DNA from: Laetmonice hystrix
Lineage: Eukaryota
DNA length: 64,000 nucleotides
Reading direction: 5' to 3'
Assembly (NCBI GenBank): GCA_965235115.1
Contig: OZ249436.1
Span: 41,356,001 to 41,420,000 of the forward strand
Position numbers and translations under genes: made by a program. Positions 35,301 to 48,241 of the stretch are shown here, one piece after another (position 1 is the stretch's first letter; each line of letters begins with the position of its first letter). The notes under the pieces are model-generated. The model had not been told where the DNA came from, did no database searches, and saw nothing but the letters and a program-made list of their open reading frames with translations.

Positions 35301-37901
35301 CCACCGAACGGCAGAACATCTCGGTGCATGTGGGATCGCAAATTAATCTCTAAATCAGAACAACATAAATATTGTCGGTACACTTCATATTTTCAATGTT
35401 TCTGCCACCCCAAGGTGCCAGGCTGGGACGCCGGAATTAAACAGAGCTGTTTCCCTTTAAAATCAATGCAGTGTTTAGGACCTCAACATGCTGAAAGATG
35501 TTGTAGACGGAATTAGTATCGACATCCTGTGATGGGAATTTCATGGTAAAATCTGATTATCGTGCCTAAAATAGAAATTAATTTTTTCGGGGTGGCTGAC
35601 ATCTATCAGTCACTTAAATCCGCTTATTAAAACGCAGGCTGCTCAGAGGATTGGTCATTTGTTAATTTGGAACACTGCAGAAACATTAATTTTTAGAATT
35701 AAGAGAGTGGCCGATTAGCCATCAGGCCGAAACAACGATAATAACTCAACTACCCGTATATATCCCAGTAGTCCAAGGTGTTACAGTGAATCGTTGGAAA
35801 CAAAATCTGCGATATCACCAGCAGCCATTATTCCTCTTCCATTAACTGCTATTAATCCCTGCGTCATTATACTCTGCTGGCTCGTATTGTGAATTCAGCT
35901 GACACTCAACAATAGCCAGTATTTGAAATCTTATACATCTTTTTTTTAACCCATAGATCTATGTCTCCCTAGCCTTCAGAGCGTCGGCATAGCCACCCTC
36001 AGCACGCAATAGGTGTTATTAAAATAAAGATTGATAAGTCCCTGGCGACAGCGCCTCATTCTTACATCCTCCTGACCGCCTCATCTTCTATACATCGCGC
36101 AGCATTTCACTCCATGTGAGAAACAGGTGCTGTGACACGTTCTGATTCATTGTGTTAAATCCCAATCCTTTCTCAGCCTGGGAACACGATGTCTACCCGT
36201 CTTCTATCCTCCTTCCCTGTCACAAATCCGAGCTCAACACTGCATCAATATCAACAGGGTCTCGAAATCCTACTCATCATGCATAATGCGACTTGAGGAA
36301 CGAACTTGAGGAAAATCGTCACGGATGGAATCGTTGAGGTCAAACCAAACGACATTAGTGTGGATACAAGATCTGGAACATCAGCTGGCAGCGGGCAAGC
36401 AACCTTTCTCACTGAGCATTATTATCGCCCTAACCCGTGAGATTCTTATTCGTTGGGGGGGGGGGGGGGGGGCATCTACCGATATCTGTACTGACTGCTA
36501 TATGTTGACTATTTTGGTGTTCAACATAAAATGTTTAATGAGCGCGAAATGCATTTGTTTGAGGCAATTTTAAACAACTATTTGAACTGAATAACAGTCC
36601 TCAGGTATACATCCTAGTAAATTACTAAAGCTCCCTGCATGGAAGAATTTCACACGATATTTTTCACCTTTGATTTCTTACTGCACCGGCTCTAACTATT
36701 CTAGATAAAGTCGAGAGATTTCCATGGAACCGGCGATTAGACACTGACAGTATTTATCATGTCAGGCTGCTGGATAAGACTTATGAACAGTTCAGTTGAA
36801 AAATGTTAATTACCCGTACTAACATTGCAGTACCCATTGAAATGTAACAGACCCGTGTTGGTAGATGGTTTCCTTATGGCTGTACCAGCGACCCTATCAT
36901 GGATGCCGCAGAGAGACCCCAAATGGTGGCTTATGTCGGACCCCAGGCACGCCGCCCCGGACGTAGGTGAACAAAAAAGGCGGAGATGTGGCAGACGCGA
37001 CGAGTCCGTTTATGATCAGATTGATAAAGAAATGGCATTAAAATGGAGAATGAAGATGACACTGTTGATACCACGAAGTCAGACGGCCCCCAATAAGAAT
37101 GTGGGACAACTGTAAGAAGGAACAAAAGGTTAACACATTACATTACTGTGGTTCAGATAATTTTTGTTTTATACAAAAACAGGTGTCGATGTATCCCAAT
37201 CATTTTCTCCTTGAACGACGCGTTCATCCTGCCCCAAGCACATATCACATCCTAGCAGCTCAACCCAACACTGGAACGGCAGTGTCCAATTATCTGACAT
37301 CTAATGTACCGATCATTCAGCCGGTTCTGCCGGGGGTGTCGGCCCCCAACGGCACGCCCAACTCCGCCAGCCCACCGCTTATCAACTGATTGCTCCCCAA
37401 CACATGGGAAATTTCCTGAGCTGAATCATTTTGCTCGGTCCAAACACACCAAACCCTTATCAACTACACCAAATACATGGCAAAGGTTACAATAGAACTG
37501 AGGGTTCCACAGTAGCCCTACTAGCAGCACACGCTATCAGCACATCAAATACTTGTGTGTTGTAGACTTATAGGGCTATCTGCCACGATCTTTTTTTTAT
37601 ATCTCTGCCGCGTGGCCAATGATCGCATCCTTCACCCAGACAGCCGTGGTGACCCATACCCGTGTACATCACTCAAGGCTGACCATGGAGGATGTGCGAC
37701 TACAGCTGATTGGTCGCCAGCCAACACGCAAGGGCCTTAAATCCTAACTACTATTGTACGCCGTCGTTAAATCCACCAATGACCGGAAACGATGTATCCC
37801 AACGTTTTCACATAGAACTCATTAAGAAAATGGATCTTTTCATGAGTCCAACACAGAATCATCTTACCATATCGTTAATCATAAGCGCTGCATCCCCATA
37901 C

Positions 37902-38471
37902 TATGGGACGCCGTTGGTCAGCATTTACAGATATCCTCAAATATTTGCGGATATCTGCAATTCTATTCCAGATATCCACAATTCATTTTCAGATATCCGC
38001 AATTCATTTTCAGATACCCACAATTCATCTCCATATATCTGGAAATCAGCATTTACATGCATGAATACAGATATCTTCAAATGATTTGAAGATATCTGAA
38101 AATGAATTGCGGATATCTGTAAATGAATTGTGTATATATGTATTTCCATTTGAAGATATCTGTAATTCAAATGTAATTCATTTGAAGATATCTATAATGG
38201 AATTAACTTATTAAGGATATGTGGGAACATCACTTTAAATGTATATTTTAATTTCTTTTTGAGATATCCGTAAATGAATTGAAGATATCTGCAAAATAAC
38301 CGAAGATATCTCAAATAGAAAAAACAGATATCTGCAATTCTTTTGCGGATATCTTCAATTCCTTTGGAGTTATCTTCAAATATTTGCAGATATCCGTAAA
38401 TATTTGCAGATATCTGCAAATATTTGAGGATCTTTGTAAATCCTGAATAAAAGTACCAACGGCATCCCATA
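37902..38471. mobile_element. Foldback MITE, 570 bp, with internal ~21-bp GATATC subrepeats
   Basis: TIR tatgggacgccgttggt vs reverse complement of accaacggcatcccata (16/17). Inverted similarity continues inward. Internal repeats of agatatc(c/t)gcaattcatttt occur in both orientations. The terminal TA may be the TSD. Confidence 0.85.
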
Positions 38472-38865
38472 ACAAACATCCAACCATTAAAAGACATCAA
38501 TATATTTTGCCAGCTGTGCATGTATACAAAAGAAAGCAATTGGAAAATAAGTTTGGTCAATCACATTCGGCTTCAGAACAAATTATTACTACATTCGACC
38601 CAGCCACAGCACACTGAAAAGCCCAACAGCATTTCTATTTTGTTAATAATCCGCACGTGCTATGCTGTAGTAGAAAATACAGTCTCAAATCTTATGTTAC
38701 ATTTCCACAAATAAATTGTGTCCTGTCGATATCAGATCCTGTCAAAGTGACGCATCTCTACTCGTCCTTAGTCTGCATGTACACACGTACCAGGATGACT
38801 CTCTCATCTACTTGAGGGAAATAATTAGAAACATGAAGACGTTCGCTTCAATCTAGGCAACACCA

Positions 38866-39553
38866 GTCTGTCTCTGACAGGAATACTGGCTGACACACAG
38901 GACACCTTCCCTGTCTGACACGTACCCCCCACCCCCCACCCACCACCCCCACCCCCACGGAGCCACACAAAGCTCTGTCTGACAGGAATACCGTCTGAGA
39001 CACAGGACACCTTCCCTGTCTAACACGTACCCCCAACCCCCACAGAGCCACACAAAGCTCTGTCTCTGACAGGAATACCGTCTGAGACACACATGACACC
39101 TTCCCTGTCTGACACGTACCCCCATCCCCACGGAGCCACACAAAGCTCTGTCTCTGACAGGAATACCGTCTGACACACAGGACACCTTCCCTGTCTAACA
39201 CGTACCCCCACCCTCACGGAGCCACACAAAGCTCTATCTCTGACAGGAATACCGTCTGACACACAGGACACCTTCCCTGTCTGACACATACCCCCCACCC
39301 CCACGGAGCCACACAAAGCTCTGTCTGACAGGAATACCGTCTGACACACAGGACACCTTCCCTGTCTGACACGTACCCCCACCCCCACAGAGCCACACAA
39401 AGCTCTGTCTCCGACAGGAATACCGTCTGAGACACACGGTACACCTTCCCTGTCTGACACGTACCCCCACCCCCACAGAGCCACACAAAGCTCTGTCTCT
39501 GACAGGAATACCATCTGAGACAAACATGTATGACACCTTCCCTGTCTGACACA
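38866..39553. repeat. Minisatellite, ~86-88-bp unit, ~8 copies
   Basis: Unit ctgtctctgacaggaataccgtctgacacacaggacaccttccctgtctgacacgtacccccaccccacggagccacacaaagct. Confidence 0.95.
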
Positions 39554-39752
39554 TGCAGAGAGAGTGAGTGTATGGTTAGAATGTATGGTTAGATCACCTT
39601 CTGTCCAGAGTTCAAGTTCCTACCATTATGTTGTAGTCTATTAGATTTTCCCTTTTTTAAAATTTGTGTAGATGGCATGAACAGGCAAAGTTTTTGATTT
39701 GGGTTTGGGTTGAGCTTGTGGTCCTGTAGATGGATCCTATGGGTTGTCATAT

Positions 39753-40411
39753 GCTCCAGCCGGTGGTGGAGACAGGAACGCCTGCAGTCATGTGGCTCCA
39801 ACAGACATGTCAAGCGACCAGTCATGTGGCTCCAGCCGGTGGTGGAGACAGGAATGCCTGCAGTCATGTGGCTCCAGCCGGTGGTGGAGACAGGAATGCC
39901 TGCAGTCATGGGGCTCCAGCCGGTGGTGGAGACAGGAATGCCTGCAGTCATGGGGCTCCAGCCGGTGGTGGAGACAGGAATGCCTGCAGTCATGGGGCTC
40001 CAGTCGGTGGTGGAGACAGGAATGCCTGCAGTCATGTGGCTCCAACAGACATGTCAAGCGACCAGTCATGTGGCTCCAGCCGGTGGTGGAGACAGGAATG
40101 CCTGCAGTCATGGGGCTCCAACCGGTGGTGGACACAGGAATGCCTGCAGTCATGGGGCTCCAGTCGGTGTTGGAGACAGGAATGCCTGCAGTCATGGGGC
40201 TCCAGCCGGTGTTGGAGACAGGAATGCCTGCAGTCATGGGGCTCCAGCCGGTGGTGGAGACGGGAATGCCTGCAGTCATGGGGCTCCAGCCGGTGGTGGA
40301 GACAGGAATGCCTGCAGTCATGGGGCTCCAGCCGGTGGTGGAGACAGGAACGCCTGCAGTCATGTGGCTCCACCAGACATGTCAAGCGAACCGTCATGTG
40401 GCTCCAGCCGG
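39753..40411. repeat. Compound minisatellite: 42-bp unit punctuated by a 34-bp variant unit
   Basis: gctccagccggtggtggagacaggaatgcctgcagtcatggg repeated, with gctccaacagacatgtcaagcgaccagtcatgtg at about 39795, 40039 and 40367. Confidence 0.96.
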
Positions 40412-41590
40412 TTGTGGTTGCAGGTATATGGCAACAAACATGTTGATTACATTCCTGACTCTGTTAGTGACGCTCTAATGGGCCTGTTCCGGTCTGGACC
40501 AGCTGTCAGTCTAGTTTAACTATCAGTCGACCAAAAAAAAATTATACTGCACGGCTGACCGTAAATCTGCTGGCTAATCTAAGCTAATCTAATCCCCCGG
40601 CTTGAACATAATCGCGGAAAACGGGTCGAAATCCAGTCGCTTTGTCAGAGAAAGGACTTTCTACCTGGAGCAAACTGTATACATAAATTATACACAACTT
40701 GTTTTAAATGCTAAACAATATTAGAAATTGCTAATCAATTTCCCAATTGATTAGCGATTGTCGCTAATCAAAATTTTCGAAACAAAATGTGCGCTGCATA
40801 ATTACGATTTTATTAACCTTCACCCCTCCGACTGCTCACACGTGCCAATCTGCATCAATCCACGTTTTCCTTGGCCTCGGAGGCCCGGTCCCCTCGGGCC
40901 CTCTGGTCACAGCGCCCAAGGTACGCCAGGGCCATCAACAGCTGTCTGGGTGAAACACGGCACAGCGACGAGTCATGTTCAACTTAATGCCACGTCCAGT
41001 CAGGCACGAACGGATTTCTTTTCTTCCTTCCGACTATAAAATATCTTATACTCATGATAGTTACAGACCACACGTGGTTAAAGTCTGAGATAAAAATAAT
41101 GCGTTCTTTCATTCCACTAAACGCTTTCTACATGGTGCGAGTGTTATCTAATAATCATCATAATGTAAAAGGCAGCCTCAAGCGGCAGTCTACTGAAAGG
41201 TTGGCCCGCAGCACCGACACAACAAACTTGAGGGTGGATTGTTTAACTGTTCGTGTTATCAAATCTGTGCACAGCTGTAACACTCTCAGCTCTAGGCAAA
41301 CAACTCTAAGCAACATTTCCCTCCGTTTTCTAGGTACTTTTAAAATACTGGTATTCATCCCATGGATCGTTCTCACTTCCACCCAAGACATTTCTCCAGC
41401 TCGAATCAGCTGTTGCCTTGTCAAAACGTCCAGCTGCACACGCCAAGACACACGCTGACGCTTTCCACCATAAAATCCAGGTCCATCAGTTGATGCGGAA
41501 GTAACTTGAGATGTAGTGTCTTACACCACTACCAAATAATGACTGTTCATTATGATATGAGTAAAGTAATGGGGTACTCTCAGAACTAAT

Positions 41591-41604
41591 CCGACAGGTG
41601 GCGC
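41591..41604 (+). promoter_or_regulatory. Candidate CTCF-binding site
   Basis: ccgacaggtggcgc resembles the CTCF core. Motif match only. Confidence 0.3.
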
Positions 41605-43774
41605 TGTCAGCAACTATGCCATGCAGTAGGCCTGGCTAGGCTTGGCTCAGCCTGGCTGAAGGCTCTGCTGAACCACACGTTAGCTTATCACAGATTGTGA
41701 GCATAGTAGCAACCATTAACAGAAGAAGCATCACGACATCGAGACATAGAAGATTGTCCTAAGTGTGAATAGACGAACTGAAGGTCTTTTAGCAGCCTAG
41801 ACGTCTAGGCTATATTGCGGCACAATCAAATCACGTGGTCAAAACATTGTCCCTACTCACTGCCGACAGTACCTTATGGGCGTAGACTAAAGATAATAGA
41901 CAAGTCTTCAGTTCTGTACGAGGGGTATTTCATGAAATATCACATTTCAGATACCTACGCCACGTTAGGTGTTCATTTGCATGTTAATATTGTTATTCCA
42001 ATAGTTACAAAAGTTGAAGTGACAGCTGGAACTCCGCCATTTTGAATGTCACGCTAGTCTAGGCTGATTGGTTCTGACAATAGGTCTAGCCTCGAACCGG
42101 TAACATTGATACAAATAATGGTTTTTAAAATTTTTGTCATCTTTTAAATTAGGTATCTTTTGATGTCGAAAACAAAAGAGACATATGTTTGCACTTTTCA
42201 CGATGTCTGAATATTACAAACGACCCGAAAGAAGTGTAATCGTGGCTTGATGGCAGCCACCCAATCCTTTACTATAGCAACCTCGTTTTTGGATGGCTTA
42301 GTTGGTGGAAGCGCCACCTTCCGAGTGTTTTGGCGTATAGTACCCCATTTTCTACACAGACTAATTCTAACACGGGCCTTTATGTACAATTGACAGCATT
42401 GCGACATTGTTCTTGCCCCCCCCCCCCCCCCCCCATTATTCAAGTCTATCTAGGTCGAAGTGCCCAGCTGGTAAAGACACTCAATGCCCTCAAGGTGCTC
42501 CTTATATGACCTTCATGTAGTCCTTAGGTGACCATCAGACCGTTGAACTTGAACGTGCTCCTTACATAACATTACTGTCAAACCTGAACAAAAAGGTCAA
42601 TACTTCAAAACATGCCCTCAAGGAGCGCTACCCACTTTATCTTAATAGTAGGTCAAAAGTAGTACATACATTTAGTTGAGTGTTTCTCCTCGAATCAGAA
42701 CAGTTCTTGAGCATCGGAACACATCGGAAGAGTATAGACTTTCCATTGATATCGTAATATTCCACATAGCAGATACGTCATTTAAACCAGCAATATACGG
42801 GTTAACGCTGTCCCTAGTTAAGGTACGCTGTCTGAATGAAGTAATTAACGTGTAACCACCCGATATGTGACGCCGCTGGTTCTTACCTTGACCTTCTTGT
42901 GTGTTCATCAGAGCCGAATGCTGTACACCGCGGCGTATTTCGTAACATTACGTGTTAAGGGCGGATTCCACATAAAAGATCAGCCGTCCGATTGTGTCAG
43001 CCGAATTTTCATCGGTCGGCTAAAGATCGGATGGGCCGCAAGCCGACAAAATTTCAGCCGAACGTCGATTCCACATAATCCTTGCTGGCCGTCCGATTTC
43101 TCAGCCGAATGTCACTTGGTTTGAATGGTGCTTATTGGTCATTTTTCAAATTCAATATTTATTTAAAGAAAGGAAATGTAGCACTGCCATATTTTTCTTC
43201 TGCCACTGAAAGTTGGCCAAATTTCAATTTTTGCACGCGCGCTCGATCACATGTGATTATAAACGTCTGGAAGACTAGAATTCATGAGAGGGTTAAGGCG
43301 GGCTCACACAAAGCAGACCGGCAGATTTGGTGATCGGGTGACAAAATCGGCCGATCGGGTGAGATTGGGATCGGTCGGCTGGAACAACAGTCTGTTGAGA
43401 TTCATGGCCCACACTGCCCCGATTGCCATAGGATCGCCAGATTGTCGGCCCACACATGGCCAATTTTGGCGGAGCGGGCCTTTTTACCTGTTTTTACTCA
43501 TTAGAAGATGAAGAAAGACGGCAACGCAGGAGGAGACGTTTTGGGGGGAGACCCGGTTACAGAGACGGACGGAAAAGAGTTCAAATACGATGGTGAAACT
43601 GTACCGGGAAATCATGAATATAAATATAGACACATTTTTGCCGGTAGTTAGATCCTACCCGAACTTTCTAAATGTATCGGCTAGCCTTAGCATATTTATG
43701 GTCCCTATTTCTACTGACACATGTAGATCCAAACACTCCAATCAAGTTTTCTGTCGTAGTGTAGGTGCTAGAAT

Positions 43775-44314
43775 TATTATACAAATATTGGATGGCGGCG
43801 AGTCCACTATACAGTTTACGGGACGAAGAAAAGCGATAATGGACGAGGCGAAGCCGAGTCCATTATCGCTTTTCAGAGTCCCGTAAACTGTATAGTGGAC
43901 GAGCTGCCATCCAACACTTGCTATATTATACACCTATAGGCCTATATAAGTAAAATATTGATAATCCCATATAAATAAAGTCGAGAAGACCTGCTTAGGT
44001 ATCAGCTTGGATTAGGCCTACAAGAACCAACACATCGACCAGGGTCATTGCTGTAATATGAAAATATAAACTTTAATGAACATATTTTCTGTAAGGTTCC
44101 ATGGTCAATGTGACAATTGGACACATTAAAACCCCATTAACTAGTTACTATAGTTAAATTCATCTTATCTTATCCATCTTATCATCTTCGTCTCTATGGT
44201 TTCCAGAGCGAACCGTCCAATATCGTATTTTACCGTCGAATATCAAAATTTTCGGGACGGTCACGTGGTACAAATGGACCAATCAGATTGCTTAGCTGGG
44301 CCAGGTGTATAATA
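43775..44314 (+). mobile_element. Crypton-like non-autonomous element with long internal hairpin
   Basis: Ends tattataca/tgtataata. 127-bp hairpin at 43788-43914 with loop gaggcgaagccga. gaccaatcagattgc near the 3' end. The family name comes from my recollection of this architecture, not from a search. Confidence 0.6.
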
Positions 44315-44659
44315 TTACATGCTGCTGGTATAGGCCTACTATAGCCTTAATAATAAATTGCACTATCTATTGAACCTACTTCGGTACAGAAATTTTGAAA
44401 AGTCAGTAAAATTTGGCTGAATATGAGAAGTTTTGTCATTTAAAAAAGCGCACGATGTAAAGTGTAATTAATGAATTTATTGAAAGTGCCACTATGATTA
44501 ACCAAGTGACTCCTAGTGACTGGAACAATTATGATGAGGTTTACAGTATTCAAACATTTCACAATACTTAGAGTAATAAAGGGCCATTCCATGTCAAATC
44601 ACCCAATGGGAAAAATGACCCCACCCCCTTCGAAACTTGCTATATATGCTTAGTGTGGC

Positions 44660-45856
44660 TGATGTGGGGCAGTTACTTGAGTGATGTGGGGCAGTGACGT
44701 GAGTGATGTGGGGCAGTGACTTGAGTGATGTGGGGCAGTGACATGAGTGATGTGGGGCAGTGACTTGAGTGATGTGGGGCAGTGACTTGAGTGATGTGGG
44801 GCAGTGACGTGAGTGATGTGAAGTAGCTAGTGACTTGAGTGATATGGGGCAGTGACGTGAGTGATGTGGGGAGTGACGTGAGTGATGTGGGGCAGTGACG
44901 TGAGTGATGTGGAGCAGAGACTTGAGTGATGTGGGGCAGTGACATGAGAGATGTGGGGCAGTGACTTGAGTGATGTGGGGCAGTGACGTGAGTGATGTGA
45001 GGAGTGACGTGAGTGATGTGGGGCAGAGACTTGAGTGATGTGGGGCAGTGACGTGAGTGATGTGGGGCAGTGACTTGAGTGATGTGGGGCAGTGACATGA
45101 GTGATGTGGGGCAGTGACATGAGTGATGTGGGGCAGTGACTTGAGTGATGTGGGGCAGTGACGTGGGTGATGTGGGGCAGTGACTTTAGTGATGTGGGGC
45201 AGTGACTTGAGTGATGTGGGGCAGTGACGTGAGTGATGTGAAGTAGCTAGTGACTTGAGTGATATGGGGCAGTGACGTGAGTGATGTGGGGAGTGACGTG
45301 AGTGATGTGGGGCAGTGACGTGAGTGATGTGGGGCAGAGACTTGAGTGATGTGGGGCAGTGACATGAGAGATGTGGGGCAGTGACTTGAGTGATGTGGGG
45401 CAGTGACGTGAGTGATGTGGGGCAGTGACATGAGTGATGTGGGGCAGTACCTTTAGTGATGTGGGGCAGTGACTTGAGTGATGTGGGGCAGTGACGTGAG
45501 TGATGTGAAGTAGCTAGTGACTTGAGTGATATGGGGCAGTGACGTGAGTGATGTGCGGGAGTGACGTGAGTGATGTGGGGCAGTGACGTGAGTGATGTGG
45601 GGCAGTGACGTGAGTGATGTGGGGAGTGACGTGAGTGATGTGGGGAAGTGACGTTAGTGATGTGGGGAGTGACGTGAGTGATGTGGGGAGTGACGTGAGT
45701 GATGTGGGGAGTGACGTGAGTGATGTGGGGGAGTGACGTGAGTGATGTGGGGCAGTGACGTGAGTGATGTGGGGAGTGACTTGAGTGATGTGGGGCAGTG
45801 ACGTGAGTGATGTGGGGAGTGACGTGAGTGATGTGGGGAGTGACGTGAGTGATGTG
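44660..45856. repeat. Minisatellite, 21-22-bp unit, ~55 copies
   Basis: Unit gtgac(g/t/a)tgagtgatgtggggca, nested inside the Harbinger-like element. Confidence 0.97.
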
Positions 45857-46190
45857 CTACCACTGCTACCACTTTCAGAATACATTAATCTGATGGCAAT
45901 CTGCTCGTCAAAATCGAGCAATTGCGCATTCGCGCATATTTTTGGTATAATCGGCTGATGGCCTATACTGGACAGATTTTTACTCCCGATTGCATAGAAG
46001 ACCCCCGTGGCCCCCGCCTGGCCACGTGTACAAAAAATGATAGAGGTCTAATGTTCAATTCTGCATCAGATACTATAGAGTCTCTGGACATTCTCAGCAG
46101 ATCCATGAATCGTCGCCGTAAATATCAAAACATTTTAATATTGTCGGCGAAAGCAAAAATGGCATCCGATCACCAGACCGATTCCCCTCA

Positions 46191-46463
46191 GACAGCCGAT
46201 CATCGATTCCACATAAACGATTTCTCAGCCGAATTCGGCTGGGCCAAAACTTTGTTCGCCGATCGCAAATCGCCTGGAAAATCGGCTCTGTGGAATCAGT
46301 TTATCATGATCGGCGAGAGGAAAATGGCACGCCGATCACCAGCCGAATTCGGCTGAGACAGCCGATCATCGACTCCACATAAACGATTTCTCAGCCGAAT
46401 TCGGCGGGGCCAAAATTTTGTTCGCCGATCGCAAATCGCCTGGAAAATCGGCTATGTGGATTC
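46191..46463. repeat. ~105-bp direct duplication in the right subterminal arm of the Harbinger-like element
   Basis: gacagccgatcatcga..ccacataaacgatttctcagccgaattcggc...ggaaaatcggct.tgtgga starts at 46191 and again at 46357. Confidence 0.85.
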
Positions 46464-48241
46464 CAGCCTTTACTCTGCTCACAGGCCTTGTCTACACGAT
46501 GTTTGGAGTCCCAACGTTTGTAAACGTCCGAGGTGATGAACACACAAGCAGGAACCAGCGGCATCATACATCGGGCGTTTACACGTTAATTACTTCATTC
46601 AGACAACGTAATTGTGGCATTTATTGACCTGAGGTAAATGCTGGTGTTTCATTTTGGTCTACGAAACCTTATTTGCCGTGTAGGTTTTCCCTACCTTTAA
46701 TTTCTTTCCAGTTGCTTTCAAGATCACACAATGTCCGCAGGGCATATTTCCTTTGTGGTAGGACATGACCCAAAATCTACTCTTTTCACCGAGCGATTTT
46801 TAGACATCATTTATCTCACTCATATGTACACATCCTTTTACATAATGTATAAACCCAAATTACGGCAAAGGCCAAAGTGACTACGTACGAGTGATCTCTT
46901 AGATGTTCCTTTTAAATCAAAAACCTCCCAACATCCAAATAAAATCAAGAGAAACGCGCCCTTTCCAACAACATCCATGTCTGCATCATGTTAGCAGACA
47001 TCGACGCCCCATCAGTAGATTTTGGTTGTTAGTAGTGTTGTGATCTCTGCAATAATAACAATTGCCTCAGCTTCACACCTCGTGTTTCCTACTTGTCATG
47101 TCCCTGTCTCTCCTCCACACAGACAACGTTACTTGTTAGTTAGATTCGCCCTCCCGCCACACAGTCGGTCTACATCCGTCACTGCCTCACTCCATGCCCC
47201 GGGCCAGAGACCACTAATAAGGAGGTGGTAGCGGGCTAGCGGGTGCTGGACAGGCTGTCGACTGGGGGGGGGGGGGGGGGGGGTGTTCCCTTTACTAACG
47301 GGGTCTTCGTAGCATACCTGCCAACATTGGAAAACCAGAAATCTGAACACTACCCGTGAGAGGTCCAGGGCCCTGGCGGGGGCCCGGGGCAACACCCTGG
47401 CTGAGGTACAGGGGGCAGAAGTCCTTCCACCAGACTATTCGGCAGCCTGCTGACTTGTGCCACCTTTACTAACCGGGTCTTCGTAGTGTTTCCTTTACAA
47501 ACCAGATCACTGGGAACAAGAATACACATATGCTTGTGCATTTACCAGACAATGACATCATATTTCTACAGCAATATCTAAAGTTGGGATACTCCTCAAC
47601 GTTTCAAACCAACCGCTTTCCAATACCCTGTGCTATTAACCTCATAGCTCTAATTCATAACGTTCAGCAGGGCTTTCAAATTGTAGGCGGGGATTAGGCT
47701 AAAGTAGCATGCACCATCACTTTTGTTTGTCGTCCTCAAGTGCAGTGGACATCTCTATTCACCTGTTGCGTTACTAACTCGGGTTTATGCCATGTTGAGC
47801 ACATAACCTTCTGAGTTTGGCATCATGAAAAAAAAAACATGTCAAAAATTATTGTTTGTCAGCTGAGTTAGCCTGCACAGGTTGCCCTTGTAGACCGGGA
47901 TCCCGCCGGCCGCCGGTTTAATTTGAACGCCCTATATTCAGAATTACAGCGACACTCGGAAAATTTAAACATTAAATTTAAAATTCTGTAAATGTTTGAT
48001 ACTTACATTAGATAAACACCGAGTGCATGTCGATGATAACATGTTTCTGCTCCAATACCCCATAATCCTGAAACACAAGCAAGGTCAGAGTCAGTCGTGC
48101 ATTTTGGAACTACATTATCACAACTTCAATTAATAGACAGAAGTTTAGAAGTTACAAAATCATGATTTTGAGATACTTTACTCATTTTTCTCGATTATAA
48201 TATCTTTTTTCCCAAGGCTGGGCAGCATAAGTGCAGCATAG

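Larger units (their letters stand above)
42958..46469. mobile_element. PIF/Harbinger-like non-autonomous element with nested inserts, TTA TSD
   Basis: TIR agggcggattccacata vs reverse complement of tatgtggattccagcct (14/17). tta duplicated at 42955-42957 and 46470-46472, confirmed against the uninterrupted host copy (cgtgttactctgct). tcagccgaa/ttccacata subterminal repeats at both ends. Confidence 0.88.
42821..46696 (-). mobile_element. Second, inverted Kolobok-like element, split by a 3.5-kb insertion
   Basis: 46470-46696 and 42875-42957 are the reverse complement of the 30329-30667 family and join in register. Right end ...gtaggttttccctacct|ttaa. Left end is internally deleted (aggta then subterminal arm). 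Confidence 0.85.

Noticed and set aside
39589..40519. Longest ORFs in the track (up to 269 aa)
   Set aside because: Products of a stop-free 42-bp repeat, open in multiple frames on both strands, with no domain signature.
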